From an uncultured Acidobacteriota bacterium (GTDB lineage Bacteria > Acidobacteriota > Thermoanaerobaculia > UBA5066 > Gp7-AA6): a DNA stretch of 64,000 bases. Below the pieces are notes generated by a model. It saw only the letters and a program-made list of their open reading frames with translations, did no database searches and was not told the DNA's origin. Shown here piece by piece: positions 61,393 through 64,000 of the stretch; the first letter of the stretch is position 1; every line of letters begins with the position of its first letter. The stretch covers positions 151,429 through 215,428 of the forward strand of contig CAVZDB010000001.1 of the NCBI GenBank assembly GCA_963773905.1. Direction: 5' to 3'. Made by a program: the position numbers and the translations under genes.

Positions 61393-62951
61393 TTGCGCTT
61401 CAAGGCCACCGACGTCCTCCACTACTACAAGCCGTCCAAGTGCGCGAAGCGGGTGGCGCTGCTCGCTCAAAAGATCGAGCCCGAGGCCGCCGAGGACCCC
61501 TTCATGGATCTCCTCGCCGACCTGGGCGCGCGTCACGAGAAGGGCCACCTCGCGACGCTGCCCGGGGTCCTCGACCTCTCGTCGAAGGAGCTGACTCTCG
61601 CGGAGCGCGCCCGCCGGACTCTCGACGCAATCCACGACGGCGCCGCGGCGATCTACCAGGCGGGATTCCGCGCAGAATTCGATCTCGACGGCGAGGCCTG
61701 CGAGCTCGTCGGCGAGCCGGACTTCCTGATCCGCTCGCCGGACGGCGTCGGCGCCGGAGCCCGTTACCGCCTCCGCGACTCGAAGCTGGCTCGCAAGCCG
61801 CTGTCGTCGACACCATGCCGGCATCCCGCGACAGCTCCAGATCTACGGCTTTCTCTACGAACGCGCCGTCGGTTCGCCACCGGCCGCTCTCGAGGTCCAC
61901 GCCGGCACGAACGAGATCATCCCGATCGAGTATCGCGGTGCCGAGTTCGTCCTCGACCTCCTCCGCGAGCATCGCCGCCTGCGCGCCGAGGATCCCGGCG
62001 CGTACGAGCCCGTCGGCTGGTCGAAGTGTCAGGGATGCGGCTACAACGATCGTTGCTGGAGCGCCGCGTGCGGCGGCCAGGACGTGGCGATCCTGTCGGG
62101 AGTGGACCAGGTTCTGGCGCGCGAGCTTCACGAGCGTGGCTTCGGCGCCATCCCCCGCCTCGATGCCGCGTTCGACGGCGAATCGCTTCGCGACCTCTTC
62201 TGGCACGAGGCGACGAAGAAGAAGCCGGCGCGGCTAACCAAGACCGCGATCACCGTCCGCCGCAGCCTCGACGCACAGCGGAGCGGCAAGCCCATCCTGA
62301 TCTCGCCGCCCGACCTCCCCGCGCCGCACGATTGCGTCGCCTTCGATCTCGAAGGCATTCCGGCGTATGCCGACGACCTGCAGAAGATCTATCTCTGGGG
62401 ACTCAAGGACTTCGGAACCGCGCCTCCCCGCTGCCTCCCGTCGCTGGCCGGCTTCGCCCCCGCCGGCGATCGTGCCGCCTGGGAAGCGTTCCTGCGCGCC
62501 GCCGCCTCCCTGATGTCCGATCGCCCGACCATGCGCTTCGTTCACTGGGGGACCTACGAGACCACCGCCGTCGCGCGCTACGCCGAGCTCTACGGCGACG
62601 TCTTACCCCCTCTCCCGGCGGGAGAGGGGGGGCGAGGGGAGTGAGGGGGATGAGGGACTCGCCGCCCAAATCGCCGAGCGCTGCCTCGACCTCCACCAAC
62701 TCTTCAAGCACTCCGTAGCCCTGCCGATCCCCAGCTACGGCCTGAAGCGCGTCGGCGAGTACATCGGCTTCCGGCGGAGGCTGGCGAACTACGGAGGAGA
62801 CCGCGCCATCGCCCGCTACATCCAGGCCGTCGAGACCTCGGACCCGGCCCTCCGCGCGGAGATTCTCGGCGAGATCCTCGACTACAACGAGGAAGACCTC
62901 GATGCGACTCGCGCTGCGCTGGAGTGGCTGAGAGAGTTCGCGAAAGCCTAG
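61393..62951 (+). pseudogene. RecB/Cas4-like PD-(D/E)xK nuclease fused to an RNase H-like exonuclease domain (TM0106-type), disrupted by one frameshift and a 55-nt repeat insertion
   Basis: TTG start just after an in-frame TAA. Motifs seen: YYKPSKC, GEPDFL, RLRDSKL, QLQIYGFLY and CQGCGYNDRC, then CVAFDLEG...YLWG. The frame shifts +1 near 61795-61815. TGA at 62642-62644 lies inside the family B insert. The downstream frame continues LAAQIAERCLDLHQLFKHSVALPIPSYGLKRVGEYIGF...NEEDLDATRAALEWLREFAKA* to 62951. Confidence 0.8.
62603..62657. repeat. family B palindromic element inserted in the nuclease coding sequence
   Basis: TTACCCCCTCTCCCGGCGGGAGAGGGGGGGCGAGGGGAGTGAGGGGGATGAGGGA. Removing these 55 nt joins ...RYAELYGDV to LAAQIAERCL... 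in frame. Confidence 0.75.
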
Positions 62952-62974
62952 AGGATTCGATTCAAGTCCGCGCC

Positions 62975-63013
62975 TTCTCCCCTCTCCCGGCGGCGGAGGG
63001 GAAGGGTGAGAGG
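62975..63013. repeat. family B palindrome
   Basis: CTTCTCCCCTCTCCCGGCGGCGGAGGGGAAGGGTGAGAGG. Confidence 0.75.
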
Positions 63014-63034
63014 CGCCCCGAGCTGCTTAAGCCT

Positions 63035-63194
63035 GTCATCCTGAGCGTAGCGAGCCGACCACCAGAGGCAGACCCCCGGGAGTAGGCAACGCCTCGGCGA
63101 AGGCGAGGCGTTTACGATCCCGCGCTCGATTGCCTCCTAGGCAATGAAGTCCGGGATCCCTCGTCGCTCGCTCCGCTCCGCTCCTCGGGATGAC
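63035..63194. repeat. family A palindromic element with an about 70-nt internal insertion (family C-like GTAGGCAACGCC module)
   Basis: The left arm is GTCATCCTGAGCGTAGCGAGCC and the right arm is CGGGATCCCTCGTCGCTCGCTCCGCTCCGCTCCTCGGGATGAC. Confidence 0.8.
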
Positions 63195-63341
63195 CGCTCG
63201 ATCGGATCCGCCAATCGGCCCCTCTCCCAGCGGTGTCGGCGCTCCCAGATCTGAATCCCTGCCTGATCACAATCCTCGCATTCGAGCGCGGCCTGTCGCG
63301 CTCCTCCGAGTGACGGGCGCCGGAGGTAGGATCTCCGCGCC

Positions 63342-64000
63342 ATGACCAACCTCGCTCTCCTCCTCGCGCTGCATTTCCTCGCGACTCCTTCGCCCTCGAG
63401 CGCGCCCGCGCCCGCCCCGCCCGCGCGCGACTCCGCGGTCTTCCGCCTTCACAAGTTCGAGCAGCCGATCGGCATCGAACGCTCGATCCTCGTGACGAAC
63501 GCGGACGGATCCTCCGACGTGCGCACCACCTTCTCCTTCACCGACCGCACGACCTCCGTGCCCCTCGCCTCCAGCCTGACGCTTACCGCCGACGGGATCC
63601 CGCGGCGGTTCGCGATCTGGGGATCGACGTCCCGCCAGTCGACCGTGGACGACAGAGTCGAGCTCGCCGACGGCAAGCTCACGATCGAACAGAGCGGCGT
63701 CTCCCGCGTCGAGGCCGCGCCGCCTGGGCATGACTTCTTCGTCGGCAGCGCATACGCCCCGGTCATCCTGACCGGAGCTCCTCTGGCGCCACTGGTCGGC
63801 GCACGGCCGGCCGCGCTCGATCCCGCTCTATCCGAGCGGCGAGGCGATGATCGAGCCGCGCGGCAGCGAGACGGTCACCGGCGACGACGGCAAACCGCAC
63901 AAGCTGGACCGCTACGCGCTGCGCGGCCGCGTGTGGGGACGCGAGACGTTCTGGATCGACGAGCAGGGCAAGCTCGCCGCCTACAAGGGCGTCGACGCCG
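63342..64000 (+). CDS. secreted protein, N-terminal part (probably the non-catalytic N-domain of an amidohydrolase-type protein); one frame break; 3' end outside window
   Basis: Signal-like MTNLALLLALHFLATPSPSSA. The coherent sequence reaches ...GSAYAPVIL, then continues after a +1 shift near 63770-63782 as LWRHWSAHGRPRSIPLYPSGEAMIEPRGSETVTGDDGKPHKLDRYALRGRVWGRETFWIDEQGKL. Confidence 0.6.
   Translation, partial: MTNLALLLALHFLATPSPSSAPAPAPPARDSAVFRLHKFEQPIGIERSILVTNADGSSDVRTTFSFTDRTTSVPLASSLTLTADGIPRRFAIWGSTSRQSTVDDRVELADGKLTIEQSGVSRVEAAPPGHDFFVGSAYAPVILTGAPLAPLVGARPAALDPALSERRGDDRAARQRDGHRRRRQTAQAGPLRAARPRVGTRDVLDRRAGQARRLQGRRR

Overview
Very GC-rich bacterial chromosomal segment. A PadR regulator next to an ADOP-type duplicated orphan permease, many amidohydrolase/TolB-like genes and TPR-type membrane sensors point to Acidobacteriota (inference). 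I can support about 50 protein-coding genes. I saw no rRNA, tRNA, CRISPR array, transposase or integrase. Main points: (1) A seven-gene, translationally coupled RDD / SpoIIM-like / DUF4129 / DUF4350 / MoxR / DUF58 membrane module at 4.0-10.7 kb; its function is not established. (2) A Ser/Thr kinase and a CadC-like regulator with the same sensor architecture lie upstream of an operon for a Zn-ribbon protein, a tail-fibre-like GVxG-repeat protein and two cysteine-containing SLH-like proteins (47.7-57.4 kb). (3) An RRM RNA-binding gene and an unrelated anchored-protein gene 58 kb away share a near-identical ~100-nt leader and a look-alike terminator, suggesting an undescribed cis-regulatory RNA. 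(4) At least four families of short palindromic MITE/REP-like repeats fill intergenic DNA. One copy interrupts a RecB/Cas4-like nuclease gene, one is read through as an N-terminal extension of a Tat-exported molybdoenzyme, and one end is tandemly amplified. (5) About 13 single-base frame disruptions in otherwise intact genes are almost all +1 insertions. That pattern suggests assembly error rather than decay, and gene calls here should be treated accordingly. All family assignments are from motif recognition by eye; no searches were run.
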